The notes: generated by a model not told the origin, from the letters alone. 64,000 nucleotides of DNA from Anaerohalosphaeraceae bacterium (GCA_050309605.1 JBNRMN010000033.1:192001-256000), one strand, 5' to 3'; counted from the first letter of the stretch, positions 18,265 to 28,947 are shown. A program made the numbers and translations.

Positions 18265-19857
18265 ATGAGAAAACCTGTAATTCGTTTGTGGCTGCTCGTA
18301 CTCTGTTTGAGCCTTGTCAGCCGCTCGGCCCTGGCGGTGTATATGAAGATGGATCCGCCGCCGGATGCGGACAAGGCGTTCTTGTCCGGCAACAACTCCT
18401 GCTGGCTGGCGACCGCGGCCAATATGCTGGCCGGGGCCGGCTACGGCAACGGCAAAACGGTGCAGGAACGGGCCGATGACATCTACGGCGATCTGACGGC
18501 CAATTTCGGCACCGCCAACGGCGGCTGGACGGATACGGCCCTGACGTGGTGGCTGGCATCGGCGCACAACACCTGGCCGGGCAACCCTTACACCGTGGTT
18601 ACCGTCTATGGCAACAAAACCCGCACGCCGTGGGCCAACAGCAACGGGGCGCGATTCATCGGCAATGAACTGCGGCGCTGTCAGATGCTCGGATTGAGCA
18701 TCAGTTGGCCGCGAACGACCGCCGGCGGCAGTGCCGGCGGCGGCCATGCCATCGCTTGCTGGGGCGACAGCGGCGGCGAAGCCCTTCTGACCGGTGCCCC
18801 GACACAGGTCATTGTTACCGATTCGGACCGCGAAACCGGCGGCGATGTCCAGACCTATACCTATGACGGCTACACCAATCCCAACCCCGGCGGCTTCAAT
18901 GAAGGCAACGGCTGGTACATCAACTACAGCGGCAACCATCCGTTCATCAAGCACATCATTACGCTGTGCCCCACCGACGATCCCGGCGACCATGCCCTGA
19001 CACAAAAGGTGACCGGCAGCTACCGCATCCATCAGAATGTACGTTTCATGAACGCCATCGATTTGCATTACAAAGTCGGGACGGATGTGGATATCCTCAG
19101 CTATCGAACGCGGCTGGATTGGAACACCGCCAATCCGCCGAAGATAGAAGAAAACGCCTCCCCTCCGCGTGAGCTGACGGTGGATTGGGATTTGCGCGAT
19201 AACCCCGTGCCTTACTGCACCTGGGTGACCATCACCACCGAGTTCGTGGTGCCGTACTGGAATGCGATTTACTATCGAGATGTCCATTTTACGTATCCCG
19301 AACCGGGATTTGTCATTCGTTTTCCTGAATTTTACTGGCGGATTATCACGCCTGAAATTCAGGAAGCGCCTTCCCGGATCCCCAATGTGTCCGGCGGCTA
19401 CGTCATCGGGAGTTTTGATCTGATCGCCAGAGATGAAAAACAGTCTCCATCGGCAATCGTGGCGGCCGAATATCGGTTTATGCACGAATACGACTTTATG
19501 CAGGATCCCGAACTGCATTACTTTGAGCTGAACAGCAAGGAAGAAGAGCCGTTTATGATCGGCAATCTGCGGTTTGGACACAGCTACGGCAAGCTTGATC
19601 CGGAGGAATTATGGCAGTTCAACGACTGGATGACGCGGATTCCGGAACAATTTCCGATTCAGCAGCTTCCGCCTGTCGAACTGGACTGGAAAGAGCGGCT
19701 TCCTTATCCGGAAGGCGAAATCTATCAGGGCCAGTTCAAGCCGCTTGAGTGCAGCGTCTATTTCCCCGAAGACATCAATCAAGATTGCTGTGTCGATATC
19801 CAGGACTTTTCCCTGCTGGCGCGCCGCTGGCTGCAATGCACAACGCTTGATCGTTAA
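18265..19857 (+). CDS. Secreted putative cysteine protease (IdeS/Mac-like papain-clan motifs) with C-terminal dockerin-like domain
   Basis: Signal peptide; SCWLATAANML, GHAIACWG, IVTDSD; C-terminal EDINQDCCVDIQDFSLLARRWL; GGAGG RBS. Confidence 0.7.
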   Translation: MRKPVIRLWLLVLCLSLVSRSALAVYMKMDPPPDADKAFLSGNNSCWLATAANMLAGAGYGNGKTVQERADDIYGDLTANFGTANGGWTDTALTWWLASAHNTWPGNPYTVVTVYGNKTRTPWANSNGARFIGNELRRCQMLGLSISWPRTTAGGSAGGGHAIACWGDSGGEALLTGAPTQVIVTDSDRETGGDVQTYTYDGYTNPNPGGFNEGNGWYINYSGNHPFIKHIITLCPTDDPGDHALTQKVTGSYRIHQNVRFMNAIDLHYKVGTDVDILSYRTRLDWNTANPPKIEENASPPRELTVDWDLRDNPVPYCTWVTITTEFVVPYWNAIYYRDVHFTYPEPGFVIRFPEFYWRIITPEIQEAPSRIPNVSGGYVIGSFDLIARDEKQSPSAIVAAEYRFMHEYDFMQDPELHYFELNSKEEEPFMIGNLRFGHSYGKLDPEELWQFNDWMTRIPEQFPIQQLPPVELDWKERLPYPEGEIYQGQFKPLECSVYFPEDINQDCCVDIQDFSLLARRWLQCTTLDR

Positions 19858-19889
19858 TCCGTCTTGCTGAACGGGATAAAAACGGCAAC

Positions 19890-19924
19890 AAAAAAGGGTG
19901 CGGCGGAAAAACCGTCGCACCCTG
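19890..19924 (-). terminator. ppdK intrinsic terminator (possibly bidirectional)
   Basis: AGGGTGCGGCGG-AAAAA-CCGTCGCACCCT hairpin preceded by an A tract on the + strand. Confidence 0.8.
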
Positions 19925-19953
19925 TCGGTCTTGGAGTCTAATTGTGCAAAGGG

Positions 19954-22764
19954 TTATTTCTTCTTTTTGCCCTTTGTGGCGGTGGTTTTCACCCGGCCGT
20001 GTTTGACGGCGGCCTGAGCGGCGGCCAGTCGCGCAATCGGCACGCGGAACGGAGAACAGCTCACATAATCCATCCCGGCCAGGAAGCAGAACTCCACACT
20101 GGCCGGATCGCCGCCGTGTTCGCCGCAGATGCCGATTTCGAGTTTCGGCTGGGTTGCCCGACCGCGCTCGATGCCAATGCGAATCAGCTCGCCGACGCCC
20201 TGCTCATCGATACTCTGGAACGGATCGCCCGGCAGAATATCCTTTTCAATATAAGCCGGCAGAAAACCGCCCGCATCATCGCGGCTGAAACCAAACGTCA
20301 TCTGCGTCAGGTCGTTCGTGCCGAAGCTGAAGAACTGAGCCGTCTGAGCGAACTGATCGGCCAACAGCGTCGCACGCGGTATCTCGATCATCGTACCGGT
20401 CATCGTTTTAATCCGACGCAGGTTATACTTGGAGCGCACTTCCTTATAGACGCGATCGACAATGGCCTGCTGATCGGTAAGCTCTTTGACATCGCAGGTC
20501 ACCGGAATCATGATCTCCGGATACGGCTTTTTGCCGGCCTTGGTCAATTCGGCGGCGGCCTCATAAATCGCACGCACCTGCATCTCGGTAATCTCCGGAT
20601 AGGTGACGCCCAGACGTACGCCGCGATGGCCCATCATCGGGTTGACCTCATCCAGGTTCTCAAATCGCTTGACCAGCTCGGCCATGTTGATATTCAGCGC
20701 CTTGGCCAGCTCTTTCTGCTTGCCTTCGTCATGCGGCACGAACTCATGCAGCGGCGGATCGAGCAGACGGATGACCACCGGCATCCCGTCCATTTCTTCG
20801 AGCGTGCCCTTGATGGCCTTCTTGACATACGGCTCCAGCTTATCGAGGGCCTCACGGCGTTCCTTGGTGCTCTTGGACAGGATCATTTTCCGCAGATAGA
20901 ACAGCGGCTCATCACTGCCTTCGCCATAGAACATATGCTCGGTACGGAACAGGCCGATGCCTTCAGCGCCAAAGGATTTGGCCTTGGCGGCGTCTTCAGG
21001 GGTATCGGCGTTGGTGCGAATGCCCATTGTGCGGCATTTGTCACAAATCTTCAGAAAGTCCATCAGCACTTTGTTTTCTTCGCCGGGATCCATCATCGGA
21101 AGCTGCCCGACATAGACATTGCCCTTTGTGCCGTTGAGCGTAATCCAGTCGCCCTCTTTCAGGACGGTGCCGTCAACTTGAATCTGCTTTTTGCTGTGCT
21201 CGATGTTCAACTCGCCGCAGCCGACGACGCAGCACTTGCCCCAGCCGCGAGCCACCAGCGCCGCGTGGCTGGTCATTCCGCCGCGTGCGGTCAAAATCGC
21301 CTCGGCGGCGCGCATGCCTTCAACGTCTTCGGGGTTGGTCTCTTCACGGACGAGAATGACTTTTTTGCCCTCGCTGACCCACCTGACCGCATCGGCGGCG
21401 GTAAAGACGATCTGCCCGGTAGCGCCGCCGGGGCCGGCCGGAAGACCGGACGCAAGCACGGGATGTTCTTTTTCGACCGTCGGATCAATGATCGGGTGCA
21501 GCAGCTCATCCAGTTGAGCCGGCGTGACACGGGTCACGGCGATGGCCGGGTTAATCAGCCGTTCCTTGACCATATCCACCGCCATTCGAATCGCCGCCGG
21601 GCCATTTCGTTTGCCCACACGGCACTGAAGCATCCACAGCCGACCCTTCTCAATGGTAAACTCGATGTCCTGCATATCGCGGTAGTGCTTTTCGAGTTTG
21701 TTCTTGATGGTTACAAGCTGCTTGTACAGTTTGGGCATACCTTTTTCGAGGGTGACCAGGTGTTTGTTGTATTCGGATTGCGAATCTTTATTAATCGGCG
21801 CCGGTGTCCGTGTTCCGGCCACGACGTCTTCACCCTGCGCGTTGACCAGATATTCGCCGTAAAATTTGTTTTCGCCGTTGCCGGGATTTCGTGAAAAGGC
21901 CACCCCGGTCGCGCAGTCGTCGCCCATATTGCCGAACACCATTACCTGCACGTTCACCGCGGTGCCCCACTCGTCCGGAATGCCTTCGATGCGGCGATAG
22001 CTGACGGCGCGCTTGCCGTTCCACGACGCAAACACGGCATGGACGCCGCCCCATAACTGTTCCATCGGATCGTCGGGGAAGGGCTTGCCAATAACGCTTT
22101 TGACCTTGGCCTTGAATTGTTCACACAGGTCTTTGAGGTCGTCGGCGGTCAACTCCACATCGTTGACATAGCCTTTTCGCTTTTTGACCTCATCCATCAG
22201 TTTTTCGAGCTGGCGGCGAATGCCCTGATCCTCTTTCGGCTCGATGCCCGCGGCTTTTTCCATCACGACATCCGAGTACATCATAATCAGACGACGGTAG
22301 GCGTCATACACGAACCGCTCACTGCCTGACTGGGCGATCATACCGGGGATGGTTTTGCTGGTCAGCCCGATATTCAGGACGGTTTCCATCATGCCCGGCA
22401 TCGACGAACGGGCTCCGGAACGGACGCTCATCAGCAGGGGGTTTTTGACGTCGCCGAACTTTTTGCCCATGATCCGCTCGGTTTTGGCCAGTGCTTTTTC
22501 GACTTCCTGCTTCAGGCCCATGGGATATTTGCGCTTGTTGGCGTAGTAATAGGTGCACACTTCCGTCGTGATCGTAAAACCCGGAGGAACCGGTACGCCA
22601 AGCGAAGCCATCTCGGCCAGGTTGGCGCCTTTGCCGCCCAACAACTCTTTCATCCCGGCGTTGCCGTCGGCCTTGCCGCCGCCGAAGAAATAGACCATCT
22701 TGCTGGGTTTCTTTGCGACCGTTTTCTTTTTTGTTGTTTTCGCCTTAGCCTTCGCCTTAGCCAT
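19954..22764 (-). CDS. ppdK: Pyruvate, phosphate dikinase
   Basis: LLGGKGANLAEM, SVRSGA, GGMTSHAALVARG (phospho-His), GTNDLTQ, ICGEHGGDP; start at 22764 (ATG) or 22770 (TTG). Confidence 0.98.
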   Translation of the reverse strand: MAKAKAKAKTTKKKTVAKKPSKMVYFFGGGKADGNAGMKELLGGKGANLAEMASLGVPVPPGFTITTEVCTYYYANKRKYPMGLKQEVEKALAKTERIMGKKFGDVKNPLLMSVRSGARSSMPGMMETVLNIGLTSKTIPGMIAQSGSERFVYDAYRRLIMMYSDVVMEKAAGIEPKEDQGIRRQLEKLMDEVKKRKGYVNDVELTADDLKDLCEQFKAKVKSVIGKPFPDDPMEQLWGGVHAVFASWNGKRAVSYRRIEGIPDEWGTAVNVQVMVFGNMGDDCATGVAFSRNPGNGENKFYGEYLVNAQGEDVVAGTRTPAPINKDSQSEYNKHLVTLEKGMPKLYKQLVTIKNKLEKHYRDMQDIEFTIEKGRLWMLQCRVGKRNGPAAIRMAVDMVKERLINPAIAVTRVTPAQLDELLHPIIDPTVEKEHPVLASGLPAGPGGATGQIVFTAADAVRWVSEGKKVILVREETNPEDVEGMRAAEAILTARGGMTSHAALVARGWGKCCVVGCGELNIEHSKKQIQVDGTVLKEGDWITLNGTKGNVYVGQLPMMDPGEENKVLMDFLKICDKCRTMGIRTNADTPEDAAKAKSFGAEGIGLFRTEHMFYGEGSDEPLFYLRKMILSKSTKERREALDKLEPYVKKAIKGTLEEMDGMPVVIRLLDPPLHEFVPHDEGKQKELAKALNINMAELVKRFENLDEVNPMMGHRGVRLGVTYPEITEMQVRAIYEAAAELTKAGKKPYPEIMIPVTCDVKELTDQQAIVDRVYKEVRSKYNLRRIKTMTGTMIEIPRATLLADQFAQTAQFFSFGTNDLTQMTFGFSRDDAGGFLPAYIEKDILPGDPFQSIDEQGVGELIRIGIERGRATQPKLEIGICGEHGGDPASVEFCFLAGMDYVSCSPFRVPIARLAAAQAAVKHGRVKTTATKGKKKK

Positions 22765-22887
22765 CTTCAACGTCTCCTAAGTTTAGACTTCATTTATCCT
22801 TATATCGTTTTTACAACCGTTTCGCCTGGCCCCACACAGGCCTTGACGTGTGTCCTGATGTATTCTCGCAGTGGTTAAAGGAAATCG

Positions 22888-22916
22888 AATATAGTGTGCA
22901 AATGCGGCGATGTCAA
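22888..22916 (-). promoter_or_regulatory. sigma70-type promoter for ppdK
   Basis: TTGACA-N17-TATATT. Confidence 0.8.
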
Positions 22917-23130
22917 CAACGAAAAGCGGATTGATGTTGAAATTTCCGGCGATATTGATGTTTTATTTGAAAATTGATAAATTTACTTACAAGGTGAAGT
23001 ATGACTGGTTTTGTGTGTGCAGCGGGACGGTATCGTTCGTTGACGGCACAAAGGCGCACCCGCGCAGGCGTATAGTGTTTTTGGCTCGATGCCAGCGCCT
23101 GTCCGGCGCCTTCGGCAGCTTGCCGGCGGG

Positions 23131-24165
23131 CTACTTGTGGGAGGTCTCCTGTGCGGCTGAGCTGCGGTGCAGACTGCACGTCAGAACATTTTGACAGCGG
23201 CCTTTTTCGAACGCGGCGAGGTTGTCCAGCGTCGTTTCGGCGATGGCGGACACGGCGTTATGGGTAAAGAACGCCTGGTGGCCGGTGACGATGACGTTGG
23301 GGAACATCAGCAGCCGGGCAAACACATCGTCCTGAATGATCTGATCGGACAAATCGTCGAAGAACAAGTCGCCTTCTTCCTCATACACGTCCAGGCCAAG
23401 GTAGCCGATGCGCTGGCTCTTGAGGCCGTTGATGACCGCCTGCGTATCAATCAGCGCCCCGCGGCTGGTGTTGATCAGCATCACGCAGTCCTGCATCTTG
23501 TCAATCGCCTCGGCGTCGATGAGGTGGTGTGTCTGCGGCATAAGCGGACAGTGCAGCGTGATGATAAAGCAGCGGCGGTAGATCTCATCAAGGCTGACGT
23601 ACGTAACGCCCAGTTTCTCGCAGTCGGGGTTGGGCTGGATGTCATAGGCGTACAGCTCACAGCCGAACCCGTGCAGGATTCGGGCGACGATCTGACCGAT
23701 TTTGCCGGTGCCGACGATGCCGACGGGTGTGCCGTGCAGGTCAAAGCCCATCAAGCCGTCGAGTGAGAAATTGCCTTCACGCACCCGCTGATGCGCCCGG
23801 TGGATGCGGCGATTCAGCGCCAAAATCAGGCCCACGGTGTGCTCGGCGACCGCGTACGGCGAATAGGCAGGCACACGCACCACCGACAGGCCCAGCCGCT
23901 CGGCGGCTTCCAGATCGACGTTGTTAAAGCCCGCGCAGCGCAAGGCCACCAGACGCACGCCGAGTTCTTTGAGTCGTGTCAAAATCGGCGCATCGGCGGC
24001 GTCATTGACGAAGATGCACACCGCATCAAATCCCTTGGCCAGGTCAACGGTCTCGTCCGAGAGCCGCGGCTTGAAAAACGTCAACCTGTGGCCGAATCGC
24101 TCATTGGCCCGATGAAAAAACTCTTCCACATAGGGTTTCGTGTTGAATACTGCCATTTGAAGCAT
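23131..24165 (-). CDS. ldhA: D-lactate dehydrogenase / D-2-hydroxyacid dehydrogenase
   Basis: [49 protein letters not shown]. Confidence 0.93.
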   Translation of the reverse strand: MLQMAVFNTKPYVEEFFHRANERFGHRLTFFKPRLSDETVDLAKGFDAVCIFVNDAADAPILTRLKELGVRLVALRCAGFNNVDLEAAERLGLSVVRVPAYSPYAVAEHTVGLILALNRRIHRAHQRVREGNFSLDGLMGFDLHGTPVGIVGTGKIGQIVARILHGFGCELYAYDIQPNPDCEKLGVTYVSLDEIYRRCFIITLHCPLMPQTHHLIDAEAIDKMQDCVMLINTSRGALIDTQAVINGLKSQRIGYLGLDVYEEEGDLFFDDLSDQIIQDDVFARLLMFPNVIVTGHQAFFTHNAVSAIAETTLDNLAAFEKGRCQNVLTCSLHRSSAAQETSHK

Positions 24166-24427
24166 GGGTGTTGACCTTTCTTATTCCTGATTATTTACTC
24201 TGGAATCGGGCAATTTGTTCGCCATAATAAGAATTCTAACTCATTATTGAAAATAAAGTTAAGAAATATTTTTACAAATTGCAATTATTTTATTTGGCGT
24301 TGAATCCGCGATGTGGTATGGTTACCTTGTGTGAAGTGTCTTCTTTCATCTCTCAAGAATATGCTTCCTTTAACCCAATCAGCGAGAGATACAGTTTAAG
24401 GGTCTGTTTCAGACCAAGGAGTACGCA

Positions 24428-24631
24428 GTGAGTACAGGTACAGTCAAGTGGTTTAATGCAAGCAAGGGTTTTGGGTTCATTTGCCCGGACGACGGCGGTC
24501 CCGATCTGTTCGTGCATCATTCTGAAATCAAAACCGGCGGTTACGCCACGCTCGATGAGAACCAGAAGGTGAACTTCGAGGTCGGCCAAGGCAAAAAAGG
24601 CCCGTGTGCCAACAATGTAACCCCGGCTTAG
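24428..24631 (+). CDS. Cold shock protein (CspA family)
   Basis: [26 protein letters not shown] start after AAGGAG. Confidence 0.97.
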   Translation: MSTGTVKWFNASKGFGFICPDDGGPDLFVHHSEIKTGGYATLDENQKVNFEVGQGKKGPCANNVTPA

Positions 24632-24655
24632 TCCGAACGTTCAGGTTGCATGTGA

Positions 24656-24686
24656 GAGGCCCCGCTTCACGGCGGGGCTTTTTTTA
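24656..24686 (+). terminator. csp intrinsic terminator
   Basis: GGCCCCGC-TTCACG-GCGGGGCT followed by a T tract. Confidence 0.85.
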
Positions 24687-24728
24687 TGAATTAATTGCGT
24701 TTTTTGGGGAAAATTCCCGATTTTTTTG

Positions 24729-24757
24729 TTTACAAACCTCTTTTCCTCAAGTATAAA
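24729..24757 (+). promoter_or_regulatory. sigma70-type promoter for rpmA
   Basis: TTTACA-N17-TATAAA. Confidence 0.6.
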
Positions 24758-24821
24758 TAACGTTCTTTGTGGAATGCGAGTCGAAACGAGTCTTCACTCT
24801 GTTTGAACAAGGATTTGAACG

Positions 24822-25058
24822 ATGGCACATAAAAAAGGACAAGGTTCATCAAGAAATGGGCGCGACAGCAACCCGAAATATCGGGGAGTCAAGCTTTTCG
24901 GCGGGCAGTCTGCCCAAGTCGGATCGATCATTGTGCGTCAACGCGGCACGCAGTTCAAGCCCGGCTTTAACGTCGGAATGGGGCGGGATTATACCCTTTA
25001 TGCAACTGCTGTGGGAAAGGTGCGGTTCACCGGTCGTCGCGTTGATATTGTCGCCTAA
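24822..25058 (+). CDS. rpmA: 50S ribosomal protein L27
   Basis: [16 protein letters not shown]...IIVRQRGT. Confidence 0.98.
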   Translation: MAHKKGQGSSRNGRDSNPKYRGVKLFGGQSAQVGSIIVRQRGTQFKPGFNVGMGRDYTLYATAVGKVRFTGRRVDIVA

Positions 25059-25085
25059 GAAGACAATTTGTCTTTACAACACGGT

Positions 25086-25117
25086 AAAGCTCCAAAGTCG
25101 TTTTGGGGCTTTTTTTA
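25086..25117 (+). terminator. rpmA intrinsic terminator
   Basis: AAAGCTCCAAA-GTCGT-TTTGGGGCTTT followed by a T tract. Confidence 0.75.
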
Positions 25118-25331
25118 TTTTTTTGAAGTAAATCGAGAGATTTTGTGAAACAGACACCTCCAAAAGCGTGTCTTACTTATAGGATGTGTTTTTGTGTGTG
25201 GTTTTTTGAAAATTATCATATTTTTTCATTTTTTTTGCCGGAAATCACGGCTCAAGAGGCATATATAAGTAGAGAGAAGAAAAAAGAGTTTGTCAGAGCG
25301 AGCAGAAACCGAAGAAACCGAGGAAAGCGAA

Positions 25332-25550
25332 ATGATTAAATTCAAGTGTACAAAGTGCGCCCATGAATACAAGGTCGCAGAAGAATACGGGGGCCGAAAG
25401 GTCCGTTGCAAGACTTGCAGCACGGTCAATGTGGTTCCGAAGCCCGATACAAGCGGGTGCGGTGACAGTTTGGCCCGATACAACAGCTTGCTCCAGGAAT
25501 TGCTTGAGTATGAAAAGCACGCTCCGACATACGAAGTCGAGAGCAAATAG
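25332..25550 (+). CDS. Small Zn-ribbon protein (CxxC...CxxC)
   Basis: MIKFKCTKC...GRKVRCKTC; GAGGA RBS before ATG 25332. Confidence 0.7.
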   Translation: MIKFKCTKCAHEYKVAEEYGGRKVRCKTCSTVNVVPKPDTSGCGDSLARYNSLLQELLEYEKHAPTYEVESK

Positions 25551-25653
25551 TCGCTTTATTCAGCCATTTGAGAGGGTCGGGCACGCCGACGGTGTTTTTA
25601 CAGCCGCAAGGGTTTTATTATAAGACCTTGCGGCTTTTTTGAGTACTCAAACG

Positions 25654-26388
25654 ATGCGCCTCTTTCGATTTTTTTGTGACCATCCCGCCGGAGACAGCGT
25701 TTTGCTGGATCCGATCCAATCGCGCCATCTCAATAAAGTTTTGCGTCTGAAAGTCGGCGACAAGGTGCAGATTTTTGATGGTAAAGGACTGCTTGCCGAT
25801 GCGCAGATTGAGACGATCACACGCGAGGGGGTTTGTGTGCATCTGCTCAAAAAGACACATATTCCCCCCGCCGCGTCAGGGCGCATCATTCTGGCGGTCA
25901 GCATGGCCCGCGGCGATCGGTTTGAGTGGATGGTGGAAAAATGCACCGAGCTGGGTGCCGACCACATCGCCGCGGTTCAGTTTCAGCGGACTGTTAAAAT
26001 GGGTAATGCGGCGTCGATTGATCGCTGTCATAAAATCGCCCTTGCAGCGGCCAAGCAATGCGGTCGGGTCTATTTGCCGATCTTGAGCGGGCCGGAATCA
26101 TTTGGAGAGGCGGTATGTCGTTTGCGTCAGCAATACGCCGAGGCGGAGTTGCTGTATGGGGATCCGGAGGGGCAATGGCTTGAGATGACCAGTGATTCGA
26201 CGGGTCGGGCGGATCGAATTGTGTGCATTGGGCCGGAAGGCGGTTTTTCCGATGAGGAACTCAGGCTTTTGGAAGATCACCAGGCCAGTCCGGTACGGGT
26301 TAATCGTCATATACTCCGTATTGAGACCGCGGCGGTCGCGTTTACAGCGGTACTGCGGCAGCATTCCAGCCTGCCGGAATCGACCTAA
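25654..26388 (+). CDS. rsmE: 16S rRNA m3U1498 methyltransferase
   Basis: HLNKVLR, EKCTELG, AAKQCGR, IGPEGGF, ILRIETAA. Confidence 0.95.
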   Translation: MRLFRFFCDHPAGDSVLLDPIQSRHLNKVLRLKVGDKVQIFDGKGLLADAQIETITREGVCVHLLKKTHIPPAASGRIILAVSMARGDRFEWMVEKCTELGADHIAAVQFQRTVKMGNAASIDRCHKIALAAAKQCGRVYLPILSGPESFGEAVCRLRQQYAEAELLYGDPEGQWLEMTSDSTGRADRIVCIGPEGGFSDEELRLLEDHQASPVRVNRHILRIETAAVAFTAVLRQHSSLPEST

Positions 26389-26523
26389 ACGGCCACCAGG
26401 GCGGCAGGGAAGGGTCCTACCTCACGTTTTTTCCTTTTGTGTAAACTCTTCACACCCAACCAGCATTTTCAACGTATAAAAGAGATGGAAAACGGATGTG
26501 GTCGCTGGGCGGGGAAACGAAGA

Positions 26524-27291
26524 ATGAAAAAATGTGACAGTCAAAATGCGGCTCAGGAACTGGCCGGTTTGCTGATGAAACTCAGCGAGGGTAGAAACGA
26601 CTCGCATATCCGTCGGCAAGCCAATCGGCTGATTACCCAAATCAGCCCCGATGATGTAGCGCGTGCGGAAAAACATCTGCTTGCCAGCGGGCTGTCGGCC
26701 AAAAAAGTCCAGCAGCTTTCCGCGGCCTTTGTGCTGATGGGCGTGCTGGACAGCGATGAGAACGATCTTCGACGTCGTTTGCCGGACGGACATATCCTGC
26801 GCAGAGTGATGGCCGAGCATGAAATCATTCGCTGTTTTCTTGCCGAGCTGGAAGAATTGAACGAGTACATTCAGCAGACGGAAAAGACAGGATCGGCCAG
26901 TTCGGAGATGATGCGTCTGGCGCACGTGGCCGAGCATTTGAATGCGATGGAAGAGCATGTGGACCGGGAAAACGATGTGCTGTTTCCGGTGCTCAAAGAG
27001 CTGGGGTGGGGGAGCTTGTTTATGCAGATACAAAACGATCATACGTATCTGAAAACAGCAGTCAGCGATTTGATCAAGTTGACGATTGCCTCTGAGCGTA
27101 TGGCGCCGGAGGTCTTCAAGGTGCGTCTGTCCAATACGGTTCGCTATCTGTGCCCGATGATGCGGGAGCATTTGTTTCACGAGGATCGGGTGCTGTTTCC
27201 GCTGGCGGTGGCGATGGTGGATGATCCGGCCGTCTGGCAGCGGCTCAAAACCGTCTGCTGCGAGATCGGCTACTGCGGCGTCCACCTGTAA
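26524..27291 (+). CDS. DUF438-like plus hemerythrin-like domain protein
   Basis: GHILRRVMAEH, EHVDRENDVLFP, QNDH, EHLFHEDRVLFP (HxxxE repeats). Confidence 0.8.
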   Translation: MKKCDSQNAAQELAGLLMKLSEGRNDSHIRRQANRLITQISPDDVARAEKHLLASGLSAKKVQQLSAAFVLMGVLDSDENDLRRRLPDGHILRRVMAEHEIIRCFLAELEELNEYIQQTEKTGSASSEMMRLAHVAEHLNAMEEHVDRENDVLFPVLKELGWGSLFMQIQNDHTYLKTAVSDLIKLTIASERMAPEVFKVRLSNTVRYLCPMMREHLFHEDRVLFPLAVAMVDDPAVWQRLKTVCCEIGYCGVHL

Positions 27292-27428
27292 TGCCTTTGC
27301 CGGCAACCGCTTGGCAGACCGGGAACATTGCCTCAAGCGGTTGTTTAAGGGTGATCGGGTCATAACCGCCCGTTCAACGGTTTGTCATAGGCGGGGCGGT
27401 TTGTTCGGTTTGACAGCGGGCGTCGGAT

Positions 27429-28943
27429 TTACAGGTACACCTTGTCCATCAGTCGGGGGAAGGCGATGCATTGGCGAATATGGCGCTGTCCAGTGAGCCA
27501 GGCAACGGTGCGTTCGACGCCCAGGCCGAATCCGCCGTGCGGTACGGAGCCGTATTTGCGCAAATCCAGATACCAGGCGTAGTCGTCGGGGCTATAGCCT
27601 TCTTCGTTGATGCGGGCCAGCAGGCAGTCGTAGTCGTCTTCACGCATTGAGCCGCCGATGATTTCGCCGAAGCCCTGCGGCGCGAGCAGATCGAAATTCT
27701 CCACGACCTTCGGATTGCTTCGGTCGGTTTTCATATAAAAGGCCTTGGCCTGACGCGGGTAGTGCGTGACAAAGACCGGCTTGTCGTGCATCAGTGAGAT
27801 GATGGTTTCGTCCGAGCCGCCCAGGTCTTTGCCCCACTGGAACCCGGCGGCCAGCTCGGCGTGTTTGGGGTTGTTTTCGATTTTGGTCTCCAGCTCGGCG
27901 ATCTCGCTGCGGAGTTCGGGGATGCGCCGGGCATTTTTTTCCTGCTGCCATTTCTTCAGGCCGCCTTTCTTATCCGCTGCCTCGATCTGGGCCAGTTCGG
28001 CTTCCAGTGCGGCCTTTTGTCTCTTAAACCCTTCGAGCTGTTCGGCCAGAAACCGCTGCGTTTGCTCGCTGGTCAGGATCTCGGCCGCTTCGGTATAGGT
28101 CAGCCGCACAAACGGCGGGGTGATTTTTTCCAGGCCGGCAATGTCCGCTCCCAATTCTTCCAGTTCCGTACGATTGTCCTTCAGTACGCGGGCAAGGAGG
28201 CTTGAGATGCAGTTTTCAGCCAATTCAAGCAGTTCCGGCAGATCGATAAAGGCCACTTCCGGTTCGACCATCCAGAACTCGGTCAGGTGGCGGCGGGTTT
28301 TGCTTTTTTCGGCGCGGAAGGTCGGGCCGAAGCAATAGACCTTGCCGAAACTCATCGCAGCGCTTTCAAGATAGAGCTGTCCGGTCTGGGTCAGATACAT
28401 CGGCTGGCCGAAGTAATCGACGGCAAAGAGAGTTTGTTCTCCTTCGCCGGCGGCGGCGGTGAAGATGGGCGTATCGATCAGCGTAAAGCCGTTGTCGTTG
28501 AAAAAACGGCGGACGGCGTCGATGATGGTGTGGCGAATCCGCATCGTACACCATGGCTTTCGGCTGCGCAGGTGCAGGTGGCGATTGCGCATCAGAAACT
28601 CCACCCCGTGTTCTTTGGGCGTGATGGGGTAATCCGTCGTCGCACAGATCGCCGTCGCGTCCGTTACCGCCAGTTCCACGCCGCCCGGCGAGCGCGGCTC
28701 GGCCCGCACCGTGCCGGTGACTGTCAGCGACGACTCCTGGCCCAGCCGTTTGACGGCCTCGAAGAGATCTTCGCTGAGGGTGGTTTTTTCAAAGACGCAT
28801 TGGCATAATCCCGTGCCATCGCGAAGAACGACAAATTGCAGCTTGCCGGCAACGCGATGATGATAGACCCATCCGGCAAGCGTTACATTGTTTCCAACAT
28901 ATTCGCGGAGTTGACCAATGGTTGTTTTTACTGCATCTGTCAT
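27429..28943 (-). CDS. asnS: Asparagine--tRNA ligase with an internal coiled-coil insertion
   Basis: LRDGTG, YLTQTGQLY, GPTFRAEKSKTRRHLTEFWMVEPE, GEIIGGS, PHGGFGLGVER; start 28943 or 28955. Confidence 0.96.
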   Translation of the reverse strand: MTDAVKTTIGQLREYVGNNVTLAGWVYHHRVAGKLQFVVLRDGTGLCQCVFEKTTLSEDLFEAVKRLGQESSLTVTGTVRAEPRSPGGVELAVTDATAICATTDYPITPKEHGVEFLMRNRHLHLRSRKPWCTMRIRHTIIDAVRRFFNDNGFTLIDTPIFTAAAGEGEQTLFAVDYFGQPMYLTQTGQLYLESAAMSFGKVYCFGPTFRAEKSKTRRHLTEFWMVEPEVAFIDLPELLELAENCISSLLARVLKDNRTELEELGADIAGLEKITPPFVRLTYTEAAEILTSEQTQRFLAEQLEGFKRQKAALEAELAQIEAADKKGGLKKWQQEKNARRIPELRSEIAELETKIENNPKHAELAAGFQWGKDLGGSDETIISLMHDKPVFVTHYPRQAKAFYMKTDRSNPKVVENFDLLAPQGFGEIIGGSMREDDYDCLLARINEEGYSPDDYAWYLDLRKYGSVPHGGFGLGVERTVAWLTGQRHIRQCIAFPRLMDKVYL

Positions 28944-28947
28944 AGAG

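Noticed and set aside
24707..24718. GGGAAAATTCCC upstream of rpmA as a third copy of the encapsulin-operon operator
   Set aside because: Only the core is similar; the flanking TA...TTA bases and spacing differ
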